DNA of 63,064 bases, the filler included, from Asterionella formosa (Eukaryota): assembly GCA_002256025.1 (NCBI GenBank). It is 13 parts of 13 records of this genome, joined end to end, with 100 filler letters (N's around TTAATTAATTAA, not from the genome) between each part and the next. Parts side by side here need not be neighbours in the genome. Positions count along the whole stretch, not along the records: positions 9,731 to 14,495 come from NKIB01013375.1; positions 14,596 to 19,360 come from NKIB01013376.1; positions 19,461 to 24,230 come from NKIB01013377.1; 10 more parts are not named here. One strand, given 5' to 3'. The position numbers were made by a program, and so were the translations under genes. The first letter of the stretch is position 1. Each line of letters starts with the position of its first letter. Below are positions 12,061 through 22,660 of this stretch, one piece after another. The notes beneath the pieces were generated by a model. That model was given only the letters and a program-made list of their open reading frames with translations, was not told where the DNA came from and searched no databases.

Positions 12061-12683
12061 TTGAAAGTGGAAAAGTGAACTGAATCTAGCTATGCTATGT
12101 CAAGAGTACATGCCAAGGTGATCAATTGTTGGGTTCACAAAGACTAATTGATTGCCTCCTTCCCTAGCAATTCAAAACCACATTTCGCATCATTCAGCGG
12201 GATACCACCAATGTCGACCAAAAACTTGTAAATGCTCTTGTTGAATCAATGAACCATTGTTAGGACATCACTGACACATGTTTGTTTTTCAATCTTTCAG
12301 GATAATTTTAATCAAAGAGTTTTGTTGTAGGTTATAAATGACATTGGTGGAACGTTTATTGATTTGTACTTATGTGATCATTGACTGACACATTATTTTA
12401 CTGAATTATGCGAAAGTTCATCGATTTCTGGTAAGTGGAGCATGCTAGCTAAGCAAATGGGACTGCAGTGTTGAGACATAAACAAAACTTGGCTAGTAAC
12501 GAGCAAGTAATTGCTTCTCATTCTCATTATAATTAGGAAATCAAAATGGATAAAACATAATCGGATCAAAAGGAAATGTATAACGAAATATGTATCATGC
12601 ACAGAAAAATTCTGTGCCAGTTATCGTATGATACCCCTGATCTTATAAGTACGATATCTTTTTTTTGCAGACGAACTTCTGAA

Positions 12684-12754
12684 GTGGTGTGCTCCACAAC
12701 CATATTCTTGTACCTTAGCTGGTGTGCTCCACAACCATATTCTTGTACCTTAGC
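12684..12754. repeat. 35-bp tandem duplication
   Basis: TGGTGTGCTCCACAACCATATTCTTGTACCTTAGC x2. Confidence 0.9.
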
Positions 12755-13221
12755 ATTAGAGAAATGAAACTTCATTGCAGACAGAAATGTAGTGATAGCT
12801 TCTTCTTCAGCAATCGTCACCTCATTGTTGTCATCATTAGCCAAATTCTGAAGCTTTAAGAGACCTTGTTCTTGAGTGTCAGCATTCTGCTCATTCATTT
12901 GCCTCTCTGAATGAATTCCAGCAATCTGAGACAGAGTACAATCTTTTCGTCTGGCATGCTCATTCACAAATGGAACATTATGGTTGGAAGGGACATGTGA
13001 AGGATAGAGTCCATTGCTTGCATGCAGTACTTGTTCACCATGCTCATTGCTTCACAATTGTAATTGGATCATTTATCAACCCACCTATGGAAATGGGATC
13101 AGTGGGATTGCTAACGCTTGGTGTTGGCTTTGTTGGGGAAGAAGGATGTGCTGCATTTGTTGTTGCTGTTGAGATTGGCTGAGTGGTGTTGGCTGCTGTT
13201 GATTTGCAGATCTTGTTTGCC

Positions 13222-13590
13222 TTAAGGTTGCGGCCCCGCAGTTACACATTGCGAGATCCGTTTTTTCCCAAACTAATTTTATGATGTACCTTAATCCACA
13301 CATTACGTACAAGTAAATAAAATAGTTAAAGGTAAAATTAGCTTTCACCAATACGACCACTTTGCACATGCTTAGATACAGTCATGGGTCGACTTAGGGG
13401 TATGTTCTATCTTCAGATATGGTATGGACCTCATTTCTGGAAAGAAACTGCAGTTATGTATCGTAGAATCGTAACTATCGCAAAAATACACAAAAAAGAG
13501 GGGCTACGAAGCTTTTCTAAAAATCTACGATACATAACTACTCCTGACGTTACAGGGTACATGGCTATCTACTTTAATCTTGATGAAACC
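13222..13590 (+). repeat. Repeat family B, beginning TTAA-GGTTGCGGCCC
   Basis: Homologous to 53656-53940 (GTTACACATTG, GCTTTCACCrATACGACCACTTTGCACA). The distal part matches 57415-57475. Confidence 0.75.
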
Positions 13591-14049
13591 CTGGAGATGC
13601 AGACCAATCCTCCTCCAAAAAGTCAACCCGATCGGCTTTTTCAACAGTCGCCAAAATATTGGAATCGGAATTTGTATGTGCAAAACGTTCTCTTAGACTT
13701 AGAGTCTTGCGTAGGTATGTTTTGCTGCTTAACTCTCAGTCCGAAAAGACTCCAGGGTACGTTGCCGCGTCATTACTCATATTCTGATTGGTTGAATTGA
13801 ATTTACTCACCTGCTCCAGATTGGCTGAAGTATTCCGGTCTTGTAAAAACACGCCAGCCACACTTGAACCACATGTATTGGATGTACTGTATACCAGCAG
13901 GTAAAATCGGTACCGGTACACCGGTACTGGTACTAGTTTCATCCTGTCTTCCCTCGTCATGAACCAAGATTTAGTACTACGAACGTACCCGAAAATAAAT
14001 CAACTCTCAGCGCAACCTTTTTTGGCCATCCATGTTGTCGTGGTTTTAT

Positions 14050-14323
14050 ACTGCACTGGTAGTTTACTATAGCACCTTCGACAAAGCTCGAGATATGTAC
14101 GTGTATCGACTGGGTACTTGGTAGTCTAGTGGTACCTGGTACACATAGAGTCGTAGCTATTTAGTGCAGTGGTACCAGTACCATAGTTAAGTAGACTAGC
14201 GGTACCAGGTAGCACTTTCGACAAAACTCGAGATGTATGATACTACATACTTGTAAAGGCTGGGTATAATATCTAGCCGTAGCTATGTAGTGCACTGGTA
14301 ACTAGCACCTTCGACAAATCTCG
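14050..14323. repeat. Degenerate tandem repeat with three TAGCACyTTCGACAAAnCTCG cores
   Basis: Cores at 14070, 14210 and 14303. A second shared block is CGTAGCTATkTAGTGCAsTGGTA. Confidence 0.75.
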
Positions 14324-14337
14324 TTGTATACCGTATA

Positions 14338-14419
14338 CTTCATTGTCCTGGACCCCCCAATGTACACTGCCGTGACTGAATTTGACTGATTTTACTTAGG
14401 GGGGCCCAGGACAATGAAG
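14338..14419. repeat. ~23-bp inverted repeat (hairpin)
   Basis: CTTCATTGTCCTGGACCCCCCAA ... TTAGGGGGGCCCAGGACAATGAAG. Confidence 0.85.
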
Positions 14420-14595
14420 AGATTTCCCTTATAATGGACATAAGTAAATTTCTTTAGTTCTACAGGATAGCCCACATTTTTCTAAGATGTATTAANNNNN
14501 NNNNNNNNNNNNNNNNNNNNNNNNNNNNNNNNNNNNNNNTTAATTAATTAANNNNNNNNNNNNNNNNNNNNNNNNNNNNNNNNNNNNNNNNNNNN

Positions 14596-15958
14596 TAGTA
14601 GTCATACTTAATATACCCAAGTCATTCACAGGTGAGAAAGGGCTTGAGCTGGGAATATCATCTGACAATGGACTTGATGATGACATGAATCTACTCTTCT
14701 TTGAGTAATACTCATCCACAATGTTTTCACGTTTTCTGGTTCTCTGAGAAGACAGACTGTCAATCTGATTTGTAATAGATTCCAGTTTTCCATCTAAAAT
14801 ATCAAGCTTGGTTTGGATGTTTGCAAACATTATATGTTCCAATGGGTATCTAGCTTGTTGTTGCAGAAGACCTTTCATCCGATCACGAGTGCATGCAGCA
14901 GATTGACTCAGACCAAACAATGCATTTCCCACAATTGAATTGTTAATCAAATCTTCTGATAAAGCCAGTTTTGCTGCTTCTACTGATGCGTCCTCGACTT
15001 TCAGCTGGCCTCTGCTTCGAATGGAGCAATCAATTGACATATCAGAAGCACGACTGAAACTTCGTTCTTCTGCAACCAATTTTCTAGCTGATGCACGGCC
15101 TGCTGATTCTTTCTTGCCATTCTCAAAGACACAATCCTTTGTTAGCAAGAGAATAGACTTGAACTCATCTCTAGCAAATGGTCCAAACAATTTGAATCCA
15201 ATCCAGCCATGAAAATAATAATCCACAGGCATCCCAACATCATCATTCAATGCCACAGCAGCACCCAAGATTTCCTCATCATCATCATCCTCATCCTCAT
15301 CATTAGCTGGGTCGCTATAGCTGGTTCGACCCTTCAGATATCGAAACATATGGTTTAATACATGGTTGTCATAGTCCTCAACATTGTTCCCGGAAGGCAA
15401 AGTCCCATCAGGGAGTAAAAATTGCGACCCAAATGCTAAGGCCTTCTTCCAATTCAGAAGGGCATGCTGAGCCATCTTCAATAGAGTTCGACCAGTAATT
15501 AAAGTGGACATATTTTTCATTCCAGTGCCTGCAAGAGATCTTGTAGTGAATTGAGAGCCAACAACATATCTGTTTTGATAATCACGGGAATAGCAATCTT
15601 TTAAGACCAAATCAAAGGCAGAAACACGATCTGCATTTCTTTCTGGGAGGTTGGTATTCAGCTCCTCTCTACTCCAAAGGTCTTCGAACTGACCCCTTCC
15701 CCTCAGCAGAGACTCCAAATATCCAATGCTTTCTTTCACGGATGGATCGCCATGATAAAGTAGATATATTTTATTCTGAAGATTTTTGATTGTCATTGTT
15801 GGCCCTCCTGATACCTTGTCCAGAACAGCAACAGCAACAGTTCGTTGCAACTCCTTTTGCCATGCAGAGGGAGAAAGAGAGCTCTTGGCTGGAAGGGGTG
15901 CTGGCACCATGATCGAGGATGCTGATTGTTGGCAATCGACAGATGTTGTTATGTTCAT
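14596..15958 (-). CDS. Harbinger accessory protein, intact copy truncated by contig end
   Basis: Open frame of >450 aa with an acidic tract and a coiled-coil-like C-terminus. Near-identical to 19461-20720. Confidence 0.7.
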
Positions 15959-16325
15959 GTTCTTGTTGTTGTTGTGTACCTGGTAATATCTACTTGGATT
16001 ATATATTTACGACTCTTTATTATATATATACATACTGGTGTGTAGTTGGATGACAACAAGACAGCAGCATCGCTCAAATTGCGGGAAAAACTAACTAATT
16101 CCCAAATAGGAATCATAATATTTCATTTATAAAAGTAGTCTAATAGAAATATTTTACTTTTTTTATAATGGTTTTGTCATCCTACGTCACAGTAGATGGG
16201 TGGTTGACAGCATTTAGGATTTCCCAAAAACCGATAGCATCGTTTTTTCGTCAGTTGACCAAAACCAAAACCAATCCAAAAAAAAGTTTTTGGGTTTTGG
16301 TTTGGGTCAACGGTTAGCAACGGCC
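14596..16325 (-). mobile_element. One end of a PIF/Harbinger DNA transposon
   Basis: Contains a near-identical copy of the ORF that lies beside a Harbinger transposase in the next contig. Ends in ..TTAGCAACGGCC followed by TAA, which fits a GGC terminus with a TAA/TTA target. Confidence 0.7.
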
Positions 16326-16342
16326 TAAACCAGGTACCTACA

Positions 16343-16462
16343 ACTGAAATTGTATAAATTTACGCATAGTTGCGGTCACTATGCTTAAAAATCAACAATT
16401 TAATCTGGGATTAAGATAGCTAAATCTTTAGTTCAGCAAAATTACCGCAATTTGCTGGTACC
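16343..16462 (+). repeat. Short dispersed repeat family C (also ~59745-59925; end only at 50770-50796)
   Basis: Shared TTTAATCyGGGATwAAGATAGCTAAATCyTTAGTT and ACyGCAAyTTGCTGGTAC. Confidence 0.7.
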
Positions 16463-16502
16463 TGGTACCAGGTACCCGGTACCAGTAGCAGTAGCAGTAG
16501 CA

Positions 16503-16714
16503 GGGGTTAGCACACATGTTGCGGTGGTAGGTTCGATTCCTGCATTCTCCAACTGTTTTTTTCATGTAGTCCCTACGGTTCCGGGAGTGCGGCTGACGAA
16601 AAGACAGGTCCCGTTATACCGTACGGACGAATAAAACCGGTACTAATTGTGTCCATTTATTCATTTACTTGGGCACGAGCTCGATTATTGGATAGCTTTA
16701 ACGTACTATAAGAT
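16503..16714 (+). mobile_element. tRNA-derived SINE, copy 2 (5' end eroded, no clear TSD)
   Basis: GGTTAGCAC..GGTTCGATTCCTGC head. Body GACGAAAAGACAGGTCCC..GGACGAATAAAACCGGTACTAATTGTGTCCAT is shared with 60133-60356. Confidence 0.8.
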
Positions 16715-17462
16715 ATGCGTATAAATAAATATCCTTCTATCGTAGACTACTGGTAGTCTACCGTTACTGCCCACTGCCAATGTACATCTTCATACCGTCG
16801 CTCATGTGATGTACCGGCACTTCTAAGTCCAGTACCAGCACAACAACTTCTGCTCGTAGATGTCCCAAGTTCCCAACTTTGAATATGTAAGTGCCCAACA
16901 AGTCCCAGAAGAAGTTTGGATGGTTTCTAACCCTACTTGATTTCATACGTAGGTACTGTGTTACACAATATTGTGGAAGGTACCAGGTACCGGTACTCCT
17001 CACATCAGACATCAAAAGAAGGACAACAGCTACCTGGTACGTGGTCTACCGGTACCTGCATTCTATGTAGGTACCGGTACAACCACTACATACTCATTTA
17101 TGTCGGCATACTGGTATACCGGTACCAGGGTAGTATGAATATTAAAACCCCACGAAGCACACAGTAATGCATATGTATTATGCGGTTCTTACCATCAGGA
17201 ATACCCGGAGAAAATACCAGGTCTACTACCGGTATGTTACCATTGGTGTGCCCTGTTACCTGGTAACGAGAATTTGGCCTTTCCCACAGCCTTCAAGGTG
17301 TGACGATGCAAAAGTGAAACATAAATGTTGCTTCCACCCCACTAAACATACCAGGCACCGTCAGCTTTATCACTCCACTCCACTCTACTTCGCACCCGCC
17401 CTCCGTCGTTCACGCGCTCATAGCAATACTGCAGCAACATGTTGAATTACCATGAATTGACT

Positions 17463-18520
17463 ATGAACGAGCCTCGGGATTCTCCGCAGCGCCGACAGCA
17501 GTTCCTTGTTATTTGCACTGTCATGTTTTGCGCTTTCGTTCATTCGTGTACTGTTGCAGGTGTTTTCTCAAGTATGGACATTAAGGAAGGCGTCTTTCCT
17601 GGTGGGGAATTTGTATACAAGTACGATGTTCGGTACGTGCCAACCTACTTTCTTTCGAACCCTGTCTTTGTTCCGACCGAATTTTCCTCACCCATCGTTC
17701 CTCACGACAGCGACTATGCGACTAGCATGGGACTCGCTGAGTCTATCGGTGAAGACCTGACAGTTTTTGAAAAAGATGAGGATTTGCTCTACAGTGTTTA
17801 CTTGGACGATCCAATGAAGATGGGGGGTACCCGTCAACGATTTGCAACTGGTATACTAATCGATAGATCAGGCCGGGACAAGAAGAAACAGCTGATGGAT
17901 GTCAACAAAGAAATACGAGCCACCGTGAATGTCGACGATGAGGATGCTTCTATCCAAGAAGTTTGGAAGCAATTGGAATATAAATCAACATCGTTGCCTA
18001 GTTTAGATGCAGCTGTTCTCCAATTCCCCTTTACGAATGGCTTTGTCTCGGCGTTGACCTTGTCGTACAAGGTAAGATTTGCGATAGTATCCAGATTAAG
18101 TTTGTGTTGCTTCTTCCAGGGAATCATTTCCATTTTAAGGAACCGCTCATTACATTGACGGATTTTCTCACCACATCTTGTCCTGTGTACAGATCATTCC
18201 TGCCCTTCGCAAATACGCAATCAAAAATGGTGAAAAGGGCAATATTCCTGTAGTTATTTCGTCATGCAACGCTTCGCAGCAAATGTGCACTCATTATGCC
18301 GTACGTTCTCACTTGGTTTGGATATCTATGATATTCTATCTTGCATTATTCTAACATAATTTTTCTGTAGCCTTTGGTTCAGGGAAAGAAGTTTATGTTC
18401 GGAAATCCCCCCACTGACAAATTTCTCGAAGCCCTCGGACCTGAGCAATGGATTGACATCGAAGCGATTACCAGAACCATCACTAGATATATTCCCGCCC
18501 TTAAACGGTTCTTGGGCTAG
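17463..18520 (+). CDS. TEX264-like membrane protein with GyrI-like domain, 4 exons (introns 17633-17710, 18072-18192, 18301-18370)
   Basis: N-terminal TM segment, VYLDDP..RQRFATGILI and FPFTNGFVSALTLSYKIIPAL motifs. The three GT-AG introns give a continuous frame ending at TAG 18520. Confidence 0.65.
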
Positions 18521-19460
18521 AGGCAAAGGCTTTATTCCCAGTCCATTATTTGGTACCTTCCTGACACAATGTCAACATGCAGGTTTGACTACTAGGATTC
18601 CGGCGTACGCACACTCATCGTTCCTGTTCACAGGGACCCATGCAACGATTTCGGATTCTCAACATGAATAAACTGTAGCAGAAAAACCTTACTCATAAAT
18701 GTTGATTAAAAGTAGGAAATACATTTGGTGCCCTGGACTCTGTGCTTTTGATCCTGGCTCTGTAAGAGCTGACTGAGTTGGCGAAAGGACTTTTGATAAA
18801 GTCGACACTCACATGGAAAGTATTGTTCTCGTAGCCTCCATGTGTTGGAGAAATTATTTTATGAGACATACATTCCGGTATTAAAATTACGCTACACATA
18901 TACCAATGCACAAGCAAGTTGAATTAAATGAATCAAAAAAGATACCAGTACCAAGATCAGAATTCAAAAATAAACAGCACTGCAAGTAGAAATAATTACA
19001 ATCAACCGTTGTTCATATATCCAGCCTATTTGGTCCCTGAATTCCATTGTAAGTGCACGCTTCACTATAAATATTTTGATTGGTCAAGTTCAATTACTTA
19101 CCGACAATTGATTGGCCTGGTTTGCACGGTCTTGCAAACCCAAGCTGGCCACACTGGATGCACATGTAACATTTTCTTGGGTGTTGGCCGGTACAATATC
19201 CACAGTAGTAGGTAGCTGATCATCATTAATCATATGCATACCAGTGTGATCAGGCACTTTGCCTGCCGGTACATTGAATGGACAGAGTGCGCTGCTTTTC
19301 CTTTGATGATCATTGCGGCCACAATGATTGCAGACATTTGTTCCTTTCCTTCTTGTTTCCNNNNNNNNNNNNNNNNNNNNNNNNNNNNNNNNNNNNNNNN
19401 NNNNTTAATTAATTAANNNNNNNNNNNNNNNNNNNNNNNNNNNNNNNNNNNNNNNNNNNN

Positions 19461-20720
19461 TACTTTATCATGGCGATCCATCCGTGAAAGGAAGCATTGG
19501 ATATTTGGAGTCTCTGCTGAGGGGAAGGGGTCAGTTCGAAGACCTTTGGAGTAGAGAGGAGCTGAATACCAACATCCCAGAAAGAAATGCAGATCGTGTT
19601 TCTGCCTTTGATTTGGTCTTAAAAGATTGCTATTCCCGTGATTATCAAAACAGATATGTTGTTGGCTCTCAATTCACTACAAGATCTCTTGCAGGCACTG
19701 GAATGAAAAATATGTCCACTTTAATTACTGGTCGAACTCTATTGAAGATGGCTCAGCATGCCCTGCTGAATTGGAAGAAGGCCTTAGCATTTGGGTCGCA
19801 ATTTTTACTCCCTGATGGGACTTTGCCTTCCCGGAACAATGTTGAAGACTATGACCACCATGTATTAAACCATATGTTTCGATATCTGAATGGTCGAACC
19901 AGCTACAGCGACCCAGCTAAGGATGAGGATGAGGATGAGGATGACGATGAGGAGGAAATCTTGGGTGCTGCTGTGGCATTGAATGATGATGTTGGGATGC
20001 CTGTGGATTATTATTTTCATGGCTGGATTGGATTCAAATTGTTTGGACCATTTGCTTGCTAGAGATGAGTTCAAGTCTATTCTCTTGCTAACAAAGGATT
20101 GTGTCTTTGAGAATGGCAAGAAAGAATCAGCAGGCCGTGCATCAGCTAGAAAATTGGTTGCAGAAGAACGAAGTTTCAGTCGTGCTTTTGATATGTCAAT
20201 TGATTGCTCCATTGGAAGCAGAGGCTAGCTGAAAGTCGAGGACGAATCAGCAGAAGCAGCAAAACTGGCTTTATCAGAAGATTTGATTAACAATTCAATT
20301 GTGGGAAATGCATTGTTTGGTCTGAGTCAATCTGCTGCATGCACTTGTGATCGGATGAAAGGTCTTCTGCAACAACAAGCTAGATACCCATTGGAACATA
20401 TAATGTTTGCAAACATCCAAACCAAGCTTGATATTTTAGATGGAAAACTGGAATCTATTACAAATCAGATTGACAGTCTGTCTTCTCAGAGAACCAGAAA
20501 ACGTGAAAACATTGTGGATGAGTATTACTCAAAGAAGAGTAGATTCATGTCATCATCAAGTCCATTGTCAGATGATATTCCCAACTCAAGCCCCTTCTCA
20601 CCTGTGAATGACTTGGGTATATTAAGTATGACTACTAAAAATCAGCAACTAGGTGATAATATCTCGCCTGTTGCAAGGCAAGATCCAATTGGCAATTTGG
20701 ATGACTTCGTCTATGAATGA
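19461..20720 (+). pseudogene. Harbinger accessory ORF, disrupted copy
   Basis: Relative to 14596-15958 it has a 4-bp duplication (TTGC, ~20053-20060) and a CAG>TAG change at 20226. Confidence 0.85.
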
Positions 20721-20829
20721 AAAATGCGTAAGGCCTTCTAACACTTTTGCTTAATTGTCGACTACCCCACTAAATAAATACATATGGAATCCAACATTTA
20801 AAAAAAATTCAATTACATAAATTGTGAAA

Positions 20830-22225
20830 TTAGATTGTAAATTAGACCACCCTGTTCCGTCATGTTGCAATAAGAATGACAAAAGTTTCTGGTTACTACC
20901 GCATATTGATCCATCAGTCGTGTGTATGTTGTTATCTTGTCGTTTCAGTTCGGTGACAGCAGTGTGTCCATTTCTTTGTTTTATAGCTGGCGATAAATAG
21001 AAATGAATCCGTAGAGCACCATTTTTTTACTATTATCCAAAGCTCCTCCATGGACTATATCTCCACGCATGAGAAAGATGAATTTGAATGGTATGGACAA
21101 ATGTAGTGCATGTTTCTCATCTGCACAGTTATCCCATACATTTAAGCAGTTCCCTCCTAAAGACAACAACATTATCATTCCCCAAGGCATAGGTGTTTCC
21201 CTTTTGCATTCTGTTGGTGTATAATCTTGATGTGGTTTCTGAGGTTTTGGGTAGCCATTCTTTCCAGAATTGGTGAACAACAAAGTGGCAGTGTGCGGTT
21301 TAACTCTGTCATTATTGCTGGAGACATCATTGTAACCTGGTAGTAACAAGGACTTTATCATATGCCAAAATGGTTTTACATTTGGCAGATCCAGCTTTGA
21401 ATATTTTGAGCTGTCAGTATAATTCTTGAAAGGAAACACTTGCATGGCTTTTCCTTCCATAGTATTTGCAAGTTCTTTGTATTTTGCAGTTGTTTTGAAT
21501 GTTTGTTTCAACAAACGAACAGGAGGGTGATATATTTTCTTGGAAGTACAAAAAGATTTTGCCACATGTAAAAATGGATTGTCTTTTTCTTCTGTTCCAA
21601 AAAACTCATCTGGAAGGAAAGATAGATTGAGGACAAACACACGTTCTTGTTCAATTCCGTCGATGACATAAAGGAAGTTATCTGTTCTCAGAACTGTTTT
21701 GATTAGCCGTAATGAATCAGTGATGAAACATAGGAAGTCTTCTATCTCTGCTGCATTTGGCGGCATATTGTTGTCTTTCTGATGTAGTCTAAAATCTCAA
21801 GGAAAGTGACTTTCTGATGTAGTCTAAAATCTCGAGGAAAGTGAGTCTTCCATAAAATCATCGCTGGTCCTATATGATTCCGAAATTTCCTTGAAGTTCC
21901 AAATGATGTTTTGTTAAACAAGCCAGACTCTAGGACCACATAGAATTTGTTGTTGAGAACAAAATCCAGGACACTGTCATCTAGCCTCGTCTCCTTGCCT
22001 TTGTCATCATGATCAACGTATCTAACCAGTAAGAGTCGTTCCTTACTTTTCCGTTGTCTCTTGAACAGACATGAAATGCGCCATAGAAACACGTTTTTCC
22101 TGATTGAACAATCTGCAATTCGTACCCCCTTCACAACCATTATCGTTCCATTCCTTGTAGCACTCGGAACATTTGCCATTCCGCCCAGATAACAAATGAT
22201 ATATTGCACTATCGATAGCGTGCAA
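20830..22225 (-). pseudogene. 2OG-Fe(II) dioxygenase-like (PhyH/DSBH-type) cargo gene, frameshifted
   Basis: QKPHQD ... MRGDIVHGG, and after a 1-nt shift in an A7 run (~21022-21028) NGALRIHFYLSP. A 35-bp duplication (21775-21844) splits the two listed ORFs. Confidence 0.65.
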
Positions 22226-22349
22226 ATGTCAAGAGAAACAAGGAAGCAGAAAGGGATAATGGTCTGTCAACAAAGGATTAAACAGTGGGCGAGTGCTGGA
22301 TTGGAAGCGATGCAGCACCAACATACTCAGTAATATACATTAGATTGGT

Positions 22350-22565
22350 AGTGCAAAGCTACAGTTTCATAGTACCAGCGTAGTAATAGGTATAGTTTCT
22401 TAGTACCAGCGTCATGTTCCGACCGGGTATTGAAACAAGAGGAAGAAGGGAATGCTGGTAGGGCAAACCTACAGTCTCACAGTACTAACGTAGCAATAGG
22501 TACAGATTCACAGTAGCCACGTCATGTTCCGACCGGGTATTGAAACAAGGGGATGATAAAAATGC
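22350..22565. repeat. ~110-bp imperfect tandem duplication between the transposase and the cargo gene
   Basis: CGTCATGTTCCGACCGGGTATTGAAACAAG occurs twice, with matching upstream GCAAAsCTACAGT blocks. Confidence 0.85.
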
Positions 22566-22660
22566 GGAAATTTTATTCACAGATGTTGGTGCCCAGTAAT
22601 CTAATTTATTTCATGCTCATACTAATTTTCTTTTAGTTTCTAAATAGATAATTGTATGGT

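Noticed and set aside
14070..14323. CRISPR-like array
   Set aside because: Only three imperfect cores, with unequal long spacers that are similar to each other, no cas genes and a eukaryotic context.
14596..20720. Large inverted duplication flanking the TEX264-like gene
   Set aside because: The two ORF copies are on different contigs, so their relative orientation and distance are arbitrary.
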